A DNA stretch of 63,105 nucleotides, the filler included, from Platydemus manokwari (lineage: Eukaryota), in NCBI GenBank assembly GCA_037951405.1. It is 5 parts of 5 records of this genome, joined end to end, with 100 filler letters (N's around TTAATTAATTAA, not from the genome) between each part and the next. Parts side by side here need not be neighbours in the genome. Positions count along the whole stretch, not along the records: positions 24,470 to 41,242 come from JBBMOY011144771.1; 4 more parts are not named here. One strand, given 5' to 3'. Positions 25,468 to 41,342 of the stretch are shown here, one piece after another. A model generated the notes under the pieces. That model was not told the origin of the DNA, did not search any database, and saw only the letters and a list, made by a program, of their open reading frames with translations. The position numbers and the translations under genes were made by a program. Each line of letters begins with the position of its first letter. Position 1 is the first letter of the stretch.

Positions 25468-26828
25468 TTGTTGTATGCTTGTAAATGGTCCCGTGTGTCA
25501 GTGGTGTTCACTACTGCTAGTGAGACCAATGATAATGTGCTACTAGATGTGTGTGCGCGCACACACACACACATCGCAAATATATAAATTTATTCTCCAC
25601 TCACCTGTTTTGCTCTCATCTATTCGCTCTTGTTACCTTCAGTCTTGTTGTGCTTACAATCATTGATTCGAGATTAGAGTGACTGTGATCAAGTTTCCAT
25701 TGTCGATTGGATACCCTGTCAAATTGTTCCTGCTAAAATATTTATTCTCTCATTGGTCTTTGATTTCTTTCATATTTCAGTGTGGCTTCAATCGATTTCT
25801 CTGCAAAACGTCCATTGGATTATAAGTGGTGTTTTATTATTTTATTGACAATGGCCAATCATATCGAAAATGCAATTTTCCAATCCCATTTAATGAGTCA
25901 TTAGATTTTCATTTGAATTGCTGTGACGTGTTTTTTGCATTTTCTCCTTGATTTACTGATTTGATCGACATTAATAGAGCTAGCTGTTCAATAATGAAAG
26001 ATATAAAATAATTTGTCGTGAGATTCCCATTGGTACATTTCCATTATAATGTTGTTTACGCCAATAGCTTTGGGTTTCAACAATTATTTTTAGTTTTCTA
26101 TATTTTGTAAATGCTTCCAATTTTATTTTATGAGCAGTCAATGGCTATATTTGGGCCTGTAGGTTTCTGTGTTTGATTTGAAAACTAAGCGAGGAATTAA
26201 ATTCTTAACAATTGCTCGATTACATTGTGATTATAATATCTATATTCAGCAATTATTATGTGATATTATAGTTCACAATTATATCAATACGTGCTCTGAA
26301 GATATTTAAAATTGTCAATGCTGAAAGAGACTGAATGAACACTAAGCATGTCTATAGAGATATCCAACAAACCAATATCGATTTAATAATTGAGAACATT
26401 ATATTAATGTGTTGAGATATTATATCATTGATCTTGAACTAAACCAGTAAAAGATAATTCATATGTAATTTTTATAACTTTTGAACCTCAATTGAAGCAA
26501 AACACACACCAGTATTAATATCCAATACAATGTCAATAAAAGTAAAAAAAAGCAAAACTATAAATTACTCTAAAGAATATAATTGACATTTATTTAAATA
26601 CTAATTATCTTACAAATATTTAATTTGGAGCCAATCCAAATAAAGATTCTCCTTAACTAATTAAATTAAACGATAACTTTAAACCAAAATACGGAGTGAA
26701 CTTCATAGTGATATGTTGGATTTACTTGCTTATAACATCGATTAGAACAAGTTGAAAATTATGTGATAATTAAATGAGTGTTGAAAGCCTATAAATGAAT
26801 TGAGCTATGTTATTAATTAATTAGTTAA

Positions 26829-27045
26829 TATTGGGTTGGTGCATAAATTCGTGCAGTTTTATTTGTTGCAAAGGAAACACATCAACTTCTTGTTTCAACT
26901 GATTTGAGTTATTCATTCAGCTGAATTATCTATTTAAATAATTTTAGATTAACTTTCACTTTAATTACCCTCATTACAATGGAGTGTTAGATATTTAAAA
27001 ATGAACATTTCCGGCATTTACCCCCTTTCTATTTTAATCAACATT
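26829..27045 (+). mobile_element. 5' remnant of a mariner element (left TIR plus decayed transposase start)
   Basis: TATTGGGTTGGTGCATAAATTCGTGCAGTTTT is a typical mariner TIR. ATG at 26979 gives MEC*IFKNEHFRHL, matching the mariner N-terminal KEHFRH motif. Confidence 0.8.
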
Positions 27046-30000
27046 TAAACGCTGTTTTTTAAAATGAGATTTTAAAAAGAGAAGCTTGACGGGCCTTGAA
27101 GAGTTTTATCAGTAATGAAAAATAGCCGGAGGGAACTAAATGTCGCCCCACTGCGGCATGCAAATTAAAGAAATTTGATTTTAATCTTCACAAATTCAAT
27201 TTCGACTTTGCGAGGTGTTAGTGGCTGACAATAAATCTTCTTTCGGAGAATGATATCAGTTGATTAATTGAAAAAATTAAGTTTACCATTTGTGAATATA
27301 TACGTTGCTGAATAAAGCTTGATCAAAGTGATTTGTCGAACGCCGAATAAATTCTGGAGTGATTCTGGAACTCGTTGAAACTCGAATGTATAATAATCGT
27401 TGAGCGTTGAAAAGATATTGGAGTCGTCTTGAGACTCAAATATGTGATCCTGTCAGATTAGTTCGCTTTTGTGGCGAAAATACTGAATTTTATTTCAGCA
27501 TTTATAGTGATTTTGGATGTGGGCGCATGATTAATATAATATTTAATTTACTAATTCCCTTGGTAATATCCACCGCTGTCATGGCAATTTGAATTTATAT
27601 GACTATGCTTATTAATCCCATGGCAACGTGAATTAAAAATCATTTTCAAAAATTTAATGGCTATTATTAATATTTCGCCCATACACCTACATTGTAATTA
27701 ATGTGGTTTTATTTGTGATTTTTATTATTATTTATTATTATGTAATATATTATATTATAAGGCTTGGGAAACATTGGGTATAAAAAACTGGAGTGTGAAT
27801 TTGGATGTCTGATAGTCAACAAAAATTTCCTGGGTACTGCTCTGCATCCATTCATTCGTTTTAACAATCCAGAAACTATTCACTTGATTATTTATTTGTG
27901 ATCTGATAACTCTGACATTGAATTTATGATAATTTGTATCATTGCATTCATTGTGGCAATTGATGACAATTTTTATGATTCCGATAACAATTTTTATTTT
28001 TAAAAAGTCTGATTATTTTATACGAAATTAAATCGATAAATACATGATTATTTATGTAGTAAAATATTTCAATAAAATATATATTACTTTTTATAAATCA
28101 AATAATTATAATCAGAAATAAGTAAAAGAATGAAAAAGAAATTTGATTAATAATTTTAAAGGTCGACAATTTCTATAATAAAATTTATAATGTCAACTAA
28201 CTTAATGAAATTTTAAGGTTGAGTTACTTTAAGGGAGAAAGTAGTGGAAAATGTTTAAAATTTACAAGATTGATGGAAAATCCTAGGTACGAAGTACCGA
28301 ATCTCAGCAGCCTATGTAAGCTGATTGATTTCCATCATAATTCACTCTTAAAAAAAGTTCGAATTGAAAAATTCTAGAATGTAGCTTAGCACAAGATAAG
28401 GAAAATTTCAAACGATAAACCAGTAATAGAATAATATTTATAATTATAATAATAAATATTAAATAAATTTTTCTGAAGGATCTCACCTTCTGAATTAATA
28501 TTACAAAATTTGTATAAAACTTTATAGGACCTAATCATGAGTTCTCATGCTCTTTGTTAGATCACTTGAACTATTTGTTTAATAAATTTTTTGGTTTGAG
28601 GTAAAAATTTGCTTTGAGTTAATTTTGTTAATTGATTTGTATTATCTTAACTAAAGTGTAATTTAAATTACCTGTTATTTATGTGTTCAATAATATATAA
28701 TTCATATAGAAGAACTCACGCTGTTGAATTGAACATAATAGTAATAAAAACAACATACACAATCCAACACAGATAATAAAAATAGAAAAAATATACTCTA
28801 TCAACAAAGGAAGAGGGTATAGAAAAACAAAAGAATAAGAAATAAATTGCAAAATCAATTTTGAGTTACAAAAAATGGGAAAAAAGCATTAAAGTATAAA
28901 ATAACATCAATCGATATAAATAAAGATTATAAACATATAACGATTCTAAAATAAACATTAATAGTTAGCTTAAGTATTGCTGTCACAGATATAGTATTTG
29001 CAGTAATTTCAGGTAGCATTCATCAATGTATGATCTTTAATATTACTCTTACTATCCACACCACTGTTCTAATCAGCGATTTCGCTCTTTTAAAATAAAT
29101 TCCATTGAGAATATAACAACAAAATAAAAACAACCCACAAACACACAATCTAAGGAATTGGGATTCCAGATTACATTATTTTAAGAAGTTAGCATATAAA
29201 AAATATAAGTAGAAATCTATAGTGTGAATTAATGAATAATTTAATATCCTTAATTTATTTTTGAGGAATTCTTATGATTAAATTGATTCATGTACATATT
29301 TTTTGAGATACATAAGGATTAGTATAACCGTTAGAATAATAAGCTTGTGTAAATATTCTTATGGTATTAGTTTCATTATTTCTATTAATATAGTACTTAA
29401 TAATAATAATCTAATTTTATATACAAATTTGAAAATAAAATTCTTGAAACATTTTTGTTTTATTAGTTAAGAAAACGTTTCTTTATTTCAGTTATTTTTG
29501 ATTTTGTACAGTTTATATATCAGAATGTTTTCCAAATTTTTTGGAAATGTATAATTTTGTAAAAGATTATTTCAGATGAATATTACTAAAATCCACCAGT
29601 CAATTTTTATTTGAAATTTTATTCCCATATCCTATGTATAAATGCCTCGGTTTTGTGGTTTAATGAATCAGTGCTTTGTTAACTTGGAAGGCTGATTTAC
29701 AAACCCAAAAACCTTGCTAACAATGGATCCAGTTCTACAGAAATTGTAATTGAATATTATGTAGTGTGTTGAAGACTGTCTTATCGTCATTTTTGTAATC
29801 ATTTACTTTAGGGTTGCTACACATCGGTTTGGGATTTTAAATGAGAAACAATCGAGATATCGACCAATTTTGGATCTTAATAAGTAATTTGAATTTTTTA
29901 TTTTTATAGAAATTCTTTTAATTTTGTGAGGATTAAATTGTTCATGGAGTTCATTTATTGGTTTTATAGAAGTTTTGTGATTTGAATATTCAATGATTTG

Positions 30001-30589
30001 TGGATTATTGATTAGTTTTGAATAATTTTCTATTTGTTGTCGATTGATTTTTCTCTGTTTTGTCCTTGATATTATATTGGTTAAACTCTTGACATAGCTG
30101 ATTATTGAATTTACTCCCTCCGATTCATACTGTTATCATCTATCGTGAAAAATATATAAATTAAAATAAGCATTTAACTAGATATTGATATTGGATGATT
30201 TTCTTACCATCTGATCCATGGCTGGCATGTAAGTGGCGCGTTATAAATAGATTGACATGTATATAAATATAATATTGCATGATCACGATTGCGTAATTTT
30301 GTATGACATGAGTCATTCTAGGACATTTGGAAATCGAAAAATCATCTTTTATCTCTGTAAGCAGTAATCGTGATGTCGATAAATGTTGTATTTTGATAAA
30401 TAAAATCTTTATCCAATAAAATGTGGGTTGGCTTGTTGATGGACATCATATATGTTAGCCTCTATTATTTTAAAAAACAAACTGAGAAGTCAAGACACCA
30501 AAAATCGGTCAAAATTAAGAAAATTAAATACCAACTGAAAATGAGGTGCTGGGATATCCCACCGGGTCTAAACGAAAATTTTTTATGTT

Positions 30590-32220
30590 AAAATAAAATT
30601 TAGCATTTTTTTTCAAAAATCGATATAGTTTATTTAATTATATTCATTAAAAACATTTTGAATTCTTTATTGAAGTACATAAACAGAATTTTAGTTGTTT
30701 GAAATAAAAATATTAAATATACAAGGGACTCTAAGTTTCCTGAAATTTCATTATTTGAAAAATGGATCAAAGTAGGTCGAATAGCAATTTATTGAAAATT
30801 AATGAGGACCCTTTTTTAACATTAGAAGCAAATTGAGCGATATTCTCAATTGTTAAAATTATTTTATAAAAATAAGCAATGATATTATTAAACATGTTTG
30901 TAATGAACTAACTCGATTTATAATTATAAACATTTAAATTTAAAAACTCAAATAATCATATAGAAGTGTTGTTATTAGAATGGGAACTTGGTTTATAAAC
31001 TATGTTTTGTCTATATTATACATCCTAAAGATGAGATATCAACTGAATTATACGAATAAATCAAACATCACAATTATATGTAAAATTAAATTATAAAATT
31101 ATCTCATGCTCGAAAATTCATTATTACAAAAGTAGGACTTTACTTAAGCCAGTAATTCTAACAATGCCTATTGAGAATTTTATAATTTTGATAAATATTT
31201 ATTTGGCTTAAGTTAAGAAAAATAGTCCTTTGACCCAATTTTAAAGTAATGACTTTTCGTGAGTTATTTGATATTAGAATTCTTTTGTAATCATATTTTA
31301 TTGAAATTTTTACATAAAATTCAATTTAAAATTAAATACCAAAAATCAATCCTAATAATCAAAAACCTTATATTCGATGCCCACTTCTATATTTGGCACT
31401 TTCAAAATATTCCTCGACAATTTCTACGACGATATTTAAACCTTCAATTATATTTCTATGCCAAGATATTTATTCATTGGCGAGGAATCTACAAATTTTG
31501 TTGTATCTCAATAAATAATTTTAAATGGTTGGTTTTATTTTAATAAGAATTGTCAATATTTGTTGATTGTTAGTTTACTAATGAATTTGTAAATGTAATA
31601 TATTTTTAAATATAATTTTTTTGTGAGCCCCGTGCAATAAAAATGCTTTATTCAGAATGTCGAAAGGAGACTAGACTGAATTGTTAAACCAAGCCCATAT
31701 TTGAAATCCGAAACTTATATATTTGTGGCACCTTCACTTGTACAATTTATTTGATTTGGATCAAATCTTCATTTCATGACAACATCGATAGGTTTGGGAT
31801 CTATGTATCCAATCTATTAAATAGATATTAATATACTTATTTTCTAGAGAAAACACAAGTACCTTGTTCTTGGCACTTCTCAATAATTTAGAATTTACCT
31901 TTTTATAAAATAACTCTAAAAATCTTAGATATAATTCCTTTCGATTCTAATGTGAAAAGAAGGGATCCGCGCTAATTTTCAATTAATTGCATTTTGACCT
32001 AATTTAACTCGTTTTTCAAATAATTAATTTGTAGGAGATTTTAAAAATCCTGTACACGCATTATTTGATTCTAAATAACTAAAACTTTACTCAAATACTT
32101 AAATAAAAAATTCAAAATGTTATTAAAGAATTTAATTAAATAATCTACATAGATTTTTGCAATACACTCCACGAATTTAAAATTTTATTTTAGGACCCTA
32201 TTTTTTAACTTAAGCCCAAA
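30590..32220. repeat. Two oppositely oriented copies of the 11640-12790 repeat family
   Basis: 30590-30850 and 31940-32200 are imperfect reverse complements; acttaagcca (~31142) faces tggcttaagt (~31204). Confidence 0.7.
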
Positions 32221-35200
32221 AACCTATTTCAATACAAATATTTAAACAAATAAATTTAATTTTATATAAACGTGATTTTATATAAAATTAGAATTAAATT
32301 TGAATTAAAAATTTAATTCATTTAAACTATCTCACAATATAGTCGACCACTTTTGTTGTGACTCCATTGTAAGTAAAAATAAAAATGTATCAAAAGTGTC
32401 CAATAATACAAAGCTGTAACTTAATCACATTATTTGTATGTGATTTCGGATATCATATTCGATATGAATAGATTTTATTACAAGAAATCTTCAGTGAATT
32501 TTTGCAATCACATGTTTTCGATCTTGATATTCTATACATTATTATAATGTTGAAATAAGTGATCTTGGATAATATTGATTAATTTGATTCATTCTCGTTT
32601 ATTATTTTCAAATAATTTAACCGAATGTTGAAAATTTTTTTATAAATATCCATTCAATTAAACATTATATTTGAGTAGCCCTTGTCAAATCATTATCACA
32701 AATAATCATTAAATGCACCAACTGAATATCTTCCATTAAATTAAAAAATATCAGTTCATTATAAGTTAATTATTTAGTATCATGCTAATGGAATCTATGT
32801 CGCGATTTTAAGATAAAAATGAGATTATAATAAACAATCTGACTTCAGAAGGTAGGGGAAACGTCTACTTAAATAATACAAAAAATATTTAGATAAAATA
32901 ATACGAATAATATAAATGACAAATAAAGCTTTAGGTCTATATTACAAGATAAAATGATCAACAGAGTGTGATCCTTCATGTCCCATACATCCTCTCGATG
33001 AAAATAGTGGAGAGTATGATTTCAGTGAATTATTTTTTGAGACAAGCGGCACAATTTTGTGAAAGTGACCTTGGTTCGGTGATAATTAGAATAAGAATTA
33101 GCCGTTTGAATATCGAAACTGATTACAGTCTCTGAATATTGATTATAAATAATTAATTGAAAATCGATTCAATATAATGAGAAATCTATTGTCGTAACAT
33201 GGGTTACAAATTGAAATGGCAGGTCAATCGTGCTCTTTGATTAGCAAGGTAATTCTCGGGATAATAATTATTTCCTCTATATATTCGTAAATTCACTTTT
33301 TTTTGCGCTACCATTATATCTCTCTGATAATTTGTTATAATTTTATTGTTATTTGTATTGTAAATACACAAAGACTTGCTTTTATGAGATACATAAGATA
33401 AAGACATTGATTGTTTCTATGCAAACTCCAACAGACATGTCGCATTTTTACTACCAATGTATATTAATAATTCATGCTAGTAAAAGGGTTATCATGAAAT
33501 AATATTTTATCATCGTGTTATTTGTCTATTCAAAATTATAGTCTCTTGTTCCATCCTAGGTCGCTAACAAATATAAGTCAAAATACTATATTAAATAAAA
33601 ATAATTATATTATTAAAATATCAAGTAAAGGAATAACTGTGACACACAATGGATGTCTATTTTAACTTTAAGATGCTCTCATTTGATTTTCTCTTCGTAG
33701 TATTGAGACAAGATAAAAATTAAAAGAAATTTACATGGTAAATATTATGATGATGGGAATTTACCTTTTCTGGATAAATGGTGTAGAATGATTTTCCATT
33801 ATTAAACTGTTCTCATAATGGCGGAAATAGCTTATTGAAAATTTGTCAAATTCGACAATGATTCGTAGATTGTAAATTTAATTGTGTTAATACAAACTGG
33901 CTAGTGGTTGAATAATAATAATTTGCTGACTGTCTGGGTATTTATACTTTTTTCTACTACGGGTTTTTCTATTGACTGTCATATTTTATTTCCGGTTAAT
34001 GAGAATTTAGTTTCCTTAGTTGCTATGGGTTCTGACTGATAAGATAATCCGCGTGGTTATATTTCCCAGCCTTTAATTTACTGATCACATTTTATTTTTG
34101 CGGGTTTTAGGAAATTAAATGAATTTAATTATTTTACTCATGCCTTTTTTCATAAGTTAGTCTTACAAGAAAAATAAAATGACTTAAAATATATTACATA
34201 ATACATATAAAAATTAATACATAACTATATTGTTTATAATATTACTTTTATGTGTTGTATTAAAATATTTTCAATTACTTTGATAGGTTCATAATACTAT
34301 ATTAAATAAATTTAACTGGTTTAATACATTTAATAAAAGAATTTATATCACCAAGTACGAACATGTTATTGTAATATTGTTCATTTTATATATTACGATT
34401 TAACTCCAAATATAAAAATTCAATTTTTATAAATATTTTTATTTAATGTAAGATTTTACTAAACTTGATCAAATTTCAATTTCAATCTGACTCCAAAGAT
34501 TAATGTAAAATTATTATAAATGAATATCAATAAATTACTCAATAATGCAATAAAATTTAATTGTTTATTACCAATCTTTAATAATTACGATAACAAATAA
34601 ATGATACCAATAGACAAAATTGGATTTAAAGTGTCTTGCGAAAATATTTGCAAGAATATTAAATTCGGTAAACTATTTGACAGTAGCTGGATCTAATGTT
34701 TTGTTGGACACAGGCTGCTTTAGTTTATGAAAGTTATCGTTTAATTTAATTAGTTAAGGAAATTGATTGATGCGATTCGAGATTAACATTTGTAAGGTAA
34801 TTAGTATTTAATTAAACTTAAGTTGTAATCTTTAAAGTAGTCGATAAAAATAAATAATATCTTTGCTAATCCGTTTCTTTGTCGAATTCTTCTTTTGCGG
34901 ATGACAGATAATTTATTTTATGATGTTTTATGGGTTTGCTAATTGATGAAGTCTTAAAATTGTTGAAGAATTATAAATCGATTTTTTAACTTAACAAAAT
35001 CACGTCTTCTATTACTTGGAATAATGATTTTCTTGGGCATTTTTGTACTTTATTGTACCCTGCTGCTTTTATTTTACTATATTTATATTAATTTTGTTTA
35101 TTTCTATTTTATTATTTATTAATAGTAATCTGATTCTATTTTTAATTTTGATAATTATTTTTCGACTCTCTTTAAATTGTTTAATTTTCTTTAATTTTAC

Positions 35201-38200
35201 AAAGTAATATTGCTATTTTGGCGGCGGTGTTTGATACCTAGTAATATTATCATAATGGCTCGGTGTATATATATATTACATCTTTCAACGGTTTTAATTT
35301 TTAATTTTACATTCAACACATGCACAAGGGAGTAAATCGAGCATCTCTTTTTGAACACTGCTTTAAAATTTCTTCCCTATACAAGACAGAAGTTTGTATT
35401 TAAATATATTTATATTTAAATATATTTTCATCAATTATATCTATTGTCTGGTTGTTGTGTAGTCTTCCAAGTTCTAATAAATATCAATATTGATAAAATT
35501 TACTTTTTGGTGAATGATATAGATTTTATTAACGGTCATTTTTACTTTAATGTCTGCTAATAATTGTTAAGGGATGGGTAAACCCTTAGCAGTTATTAAG
35601 GTTTCGCGTAAATAACTTATTCGTATTAAACTACAGTATGCAATAATTAAAGATAGCAAATATTTAATGGTATATCTTTTTTACAATTAACATACAGTGA
35701 TGGAGACTAATGGAACCAAAATCTTAAAGAAAATAAGGTAACAGAAGTTTTAAGTTTAGAAAGACGTCAAAAGTGCCATACAAATTTTGACAGGTTATTT
35801 GAAATAAATAATAAATTTTACTCACGAAGCTGGAATTTGTTAAAGAAAATTGTATTTCAAGATTTTCTTTCTGCGAGTTTTTCGTGTGAAATTTTTTTGT
35901 TTTCGTTTTTGTTATGGCTTATATAAATTATATCTGTGAAATGATTTGCTAATTACGTTTATTTCTTTCCTTGGTTATATAATTGATTGTTGTGTTGTAT
36001 TATCATTTATTTTTATTGCTATGCCATAGGGTTCCCTAAGCAACCCGTTTTTATTAATTATAAATTATTTCTTATTTATTTCCATCGTATGTTTTGCACA
36101 TTTGTTTAATTAAATATTATATTAATTAAAGGCCGTGTTATATAATATTAGAATTTAGAACGTTTAATTTTTGATTTTGAAATTTATATTTAATTATATT
36201 TTACACTATTTTCATTATTATTTTATATAACCATTTTGACATTGAAATATTTATTATCCAAACGGCTTTGTGAACTTGCTTAACGTAACTCAATGAATAT
36301 CGTTTATATTCATTGCAGTGTTTTTATTGATAATTTTAATTCACTTGAATTCTACAACAGTTGTATTATCTTATTTTCACATAATCAATGTTGTTGTTTG
36401 TTTCTATTGTCTGTATCTGACAAAATCAATATCATAGTCAAGATTATTATAACTCTAAAATATTAATTTATATTTAGCTAGTCTCTAGTACATGAACATT
36501 GAATGTTTAATATTTTGTTGAATAAGATATTTCTCCCAGGTTGGTGTGATGCACTTTCAAGGATGAATCCAAAATTCGATTATTATGAATAATTTTACAA
36601 TAATTTATCTATGAAGTATTCAGTAAATTAGTATAATTTAGAAGAGATATTTCACGATTCCACCAAATATCTGACTCTTAACAGAATAAAAGGTTGCGTG
36701 TAAAAAAGTATAAATATTATAGTAATAATAACCAAATTTGAATGATAATAAGATATCAAAATTATCGATATGTAATGTACAAATTTTAAAGAAGCAAAGC
36801 TGTAGTATTTTGAGAGAACTAATGGCACTACGGCAAATTTGTATAATTAAGATCTTATTTTTGAGCCCAACAAATTCGTATCGACTTAGTGGGATTGGTT
36901 CAATTAATATTTTACAACGAATCTTCTGTCGGAGATTGATGCAAATATGTTGACAATAGTGATAATTATAATGTTTACAACATTTAAATTTGATACTTGA
37001 AATTGAATATTTAAATCATTTTGTGAATAATTCCGTATATGCTGCTTGCGAGCGTAATATAAATGTGCTTGACAACATTTATCATGAGGCATAAATGCGC
37101 ATTTTCTATTCTGATCTGTTTTCTTTTTTTATTTTCTGATTTGTGGGCCTGTTAAATAATTTTTCCGTATTTTATATTTGTCTATAGTGATTTCTTATGT
37201 TGTCATGGTGATGTGAATTTAAAATTAAATTTCTATCAAGACAACATTTTTAAAAAAAATTTATCTAATCATTATTTTGTATTTTTGCAACTCATCATTG
37301 TTACACCACATTTTTTTAATTTAAATTTATATTAATGTATGTGTGTTACCCCGATGAGCTTATATCTAACAGATGTTATACATATTATTAACACCGCAAT
37401 AATTTTTTATAATTCTTTTATTGATGTTTATAATAAAACTTCCATATGTTATAACTACGAAAATTGTTATTTTATGAAAATCGGTGATCGGCTCTTTGAT
37501 AACAAAAACGCTAGTTAAAACTTAAGCAATTTCAAAAATATGAGTGTAACATCAATAATAAGGATATTCTCAGGTATTTGTTATTCAGTTGGGATTGTAT
37601 TCAATTTAAGTGTTTCTTTTTGATATCTTTAACTGAATATTTTTATTTTAAATGGTGATTTTTAATGATTTATTTATCGATTTTCTTTGATTATCAATTA
37701 TTTCGCGAAATTTTTAATACATTTTTAATAATGTAACTTTGGCTTATTTATTTCAATTTGACTGTTAACTCGTTTAGTTTATTGTCCATTAGTCCAAACT
37801 TCAGATTGTTCAAATTCCAAATTTCGAATTATGTTGTTAACTGGTACATTATTGGATAAGTTTACTTCCAAATCGTATCAATTGTTGAATTGCTCTGATT
37901 GATCGCGGAATTTATATCGTGCTTTTTGCTGATAAATAACTTACATATGTCACTAAATAATATCAATTTATTTAAAATAATTTTTATTTTGCTTTTAAAT
38001 ATGATTTATAATTTTATTTTCTTATTTGTTATTTGTTTTTAACAATTATGTTGGGTCTACCATATGTAGGGCACGACTATTGGATAATTTATCTGATTAT
38101 AATAAGCAAATATTTATACTCACTAATATTTATTTATAGCATTGTACAAGCTTATTTACAATGGCAGAGAACATAATAAATATCATATTAAATAAAAACG

Positions 38201-39240
38201 GCCATGGTCCATGCACAATTTGAATTGGTCGTGAGAATATTACTGGTCCTACAAAATAAATTCTGCACAGTAGTTATCCTTGCTAGTTTTACTAAATTGG
38301 TATATTTATATCTTTAAATACTATTTTATTACTAATTTAATGTTTAAAATGTTAATTTATTCACAAATTTTATTTATGTTTGTATAAATTTGTATTTTTA
38401 AGGATATATTTTAATTATGTTCATATAAGTTATCTTATTAGGATAAATTTTTCATATCAAAATTCATTTGTTGTTTTCCGTTAAATTATTTAATTTTACT
38501 TTATTGTACTCATTTATTTATATCCTTATTAGTCATTATTTTATTTATATTTATTTGCCTCATTTAAACTAAATTGATCCTTTGGCAGATTAATTAATCT
38601 TTTATGTGATTATTTTGAGAAATTCTTTACCGAATTTTATTGTAGTTCACAGTTACAAATAATGTTTTATATTACCGTTTTTAGCTTTTATTTTTAAATG
38701 AAGTTCCAATAATTTCTAATTCTAGTATTCGAATTTTTTGATGGTTTTGTGATCGTTTAACGTCACCTTATATACTAGTTGACTTTAGGTCTTTTGTACT
38801 CGGAATATTTTATCATTTCTCGTACTTTTATTTCTTTGCCAATATGTAATCGGAATGCGTCACACATCAATTCTTGATTAGTGCAAAAATTTCGTTACTG
38901 TATATTTGATTAGATTATCGATAAATTCAATTAAAATTCTTGAATTTTATTTCAGTTCGAGATTTCCGAATGAAAGTATAGTTTTTAAAGTCAATTTATA
39001 ATTATCGGGGTTGTACTTTTTATCCGTGATAATTCACTAAAATTAATATTTTCGGTGCTTCATTCTAGTACATTTAAAATTCCATAAAATTGTATTAAAT
39101 GTACTTATTGGTTTAATTTGGTTAATTGTTTTTCGGATCCTAAGAGGCTTTGATATTGAGTATGGATGACTGCGCTATCAGAAAAATAACTACTTAGGAT
39201 CTAGAAGTTTATTTAAGGTCTAGAAATTTATTAAATGTTA

Positions 39241-39898
39241 TATTATTCGACCAAGTGTAACAGTTTATTGATTATTGTTAATGTCCAGTGCACCACGAAA
39301 GTGGATTACTCGGAATCGGGAAAGCGGACTGTGAAAATAATATAAATGCTTTAAAAATTTAAACTATATTTAATAATTAGTTATTATGATTAATTAATAA
39401 ATTAATTATCATTCAGAAAAAGTTAAAAGAAATTATTATGATACTCGTATTCCTCTTTTGTTAATGTTTTTGATACAGATAAATCCTTTATTTATAGTCT
39501 TTGCAGTTGAAAATTCCTCACACAATAACAGTGGTGCTGATGCTTGGTTCGCTGCACTTTCGTGAAATGAAACTATTGACCCTCTTGATTTATTCTATGC
39601 AATATTTATCGAAATCAGTATTGTGGTGTTGTTGATAGAAAATGAGGCTTATATTATCTGGTAATGTGGCAATCTTGTAATATGGGAATTTGCTAATGAT
39701 CTACATTTTGATCAACTATTTATACTAGCCCACCACGCGGATGACCTACTTAAATGATTATTTTTTTGTTATTTTATATTGTACTTTATCTTTAGTACTT
39801 TTTATTAATTATCTTTATTAAATATTTATCATCTTGTATTTATTTATTTTTATTTAATATATTTATTCTGCTAACGCTATTTCGTCTCTCCTCTTACA
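39241..39898 (-). mobile_element. 5' LTR (39256-39898) plus PBS of a degenerate LTR retrotransposon; decayed internal sequence probably extends toward ~33500
   Basis: Minus strand reads TGTAAGAGGAGAG...TGTTACA, then a 2-nt spacer and TGGTCGAATAA (PBS-like). TATA-like CTATAAATA on the minus strand near 39490. The internal extent is inferred only from composition. Confidence 0.6.
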
Positions 39899-41242
39899 TT
39901 TTATAAAAAACACAATTACATAAAAGATCATCAGTTAATTGCAATAATTCACTTAAAAATTATTAAATAAAGCAGTAATTAGATTATTAATCAGAATGAA
40001 ATTATTTTTCAATTAAAAGAAAATCTTCAATCAAATAATTTCTGAATTAAGAGTCAGAATATCCGCTGAACAAGTAATATATTTAATGGCAATTGATTGA
40101 ACATTTGATTTGGGTTATCGTATTTTTTTGGGATTATTGACAGTTTCACTATAGCTATGAAACATTTACAATAGCTGTTTTCCCAACAGTTTTATGATTA
40201 ATGATTTTGGTTAATTATTATTTAACATTTGAATGCAGTTTGTTTTATTTTACTTTATCTTATTTGATTTAATTAATTTATTTTTATTTTATTCCAAAAA
40301 TTAATTGATTTCTTATAAATAATAGTATATATTTTATAAATACTTTAAATCATTTATGTACGACAGGATTAACTTCAAATAATACAAATAATAAAAATCA
40401 GAGTTAAATATCCACAAATTAATTCTTATGATAGGCTCTGGGGTCTTAAGTTTATTTTTGCTTTTATTATTGATTATTTGATTGATTGCTATCTCCGTCT
40501 TTATCAGAAGGGACAATACCATAGTATATTTCACTGACTCCTATACATCTAGATCAACACTTGAGTTCATCATTCCCCATGGTTTTCATTTCAGGTTTGG
40601 TTTTGCGGTCGGATTTTTGATTTCTAGAACATTTGGGATGTGATGTGTTTGCCTCCGCTGTTCCCTGCAGAGGTTTCACTTCGGCTAGAGTCTTTTATTC
40701 TTCTCTCTCCTCACTATCTGAGTAGAACACTAACCAGTTAATGGTTTCCCAACAAAAAGATGTATACAATTGTGAGCATTAAATTAAATTAACTAACAAT
40801 AATTTTAAATAATTCCTTTAAAAAAATTATTTTAAAACTTTTTAATTACAGTTTAAGGTAATAAATTTAAAAAAAAATAACAAATAGCGTTTTTAAAATT
40901 TATTATTTAAAATAAAATATTTAGAACATTATTCAAATATTTCTATCTATACCTGATTAAGATTGAAAATCGAATCTCTCTAGAAAAGTGATTATATTTT
41001 GTTTAAAAAAATTGTATTAAGTGCTGTAATTAAATAAATATTAAGAAAATCGTAATAATGACTTCTTTTGTTGAAATATCAATTGCAAGTGACGTAGCCG
41101 CTACTAACACAGTTATTATTTGAATATATATTTATTTTTCCTTTGACTTTAATGGTGTGTTCAACACTTCTGGTATTTATATTTAGAATAAGTATTTGTT
41201 TTCAAAAGAGTCTAATTTCTTATCTATTTCTTTAGTTGTTTA

Positions 41243-41342
41243 NNNNNNNNNNNNNNNNNNNNNNNNNNNNNNNNNNNNNNNNNNNNTTAATTAATTAANN
41301 NNNNNNNNNNNNNNNNNNNNNNNNNNNNNNNNNNNNNNNNNN
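41243..41342. other. Artificial assembly spacer
   Basis: 44N-TTAATTAATTAA-44N. Confidence 0.97.

Noticed and set aside
32950-33110. GC-richer patch with short open frames on both strands
   Set aside because: No convincing splice sites or recognisable homology, so it cannot be supported as an exon.
33500-39240. Individual genes within the long AT-rich stretch
   Set aside because: Only short stop-riddled frames are present; probably decayed retroelement interior, with no domain identifiable by eye.
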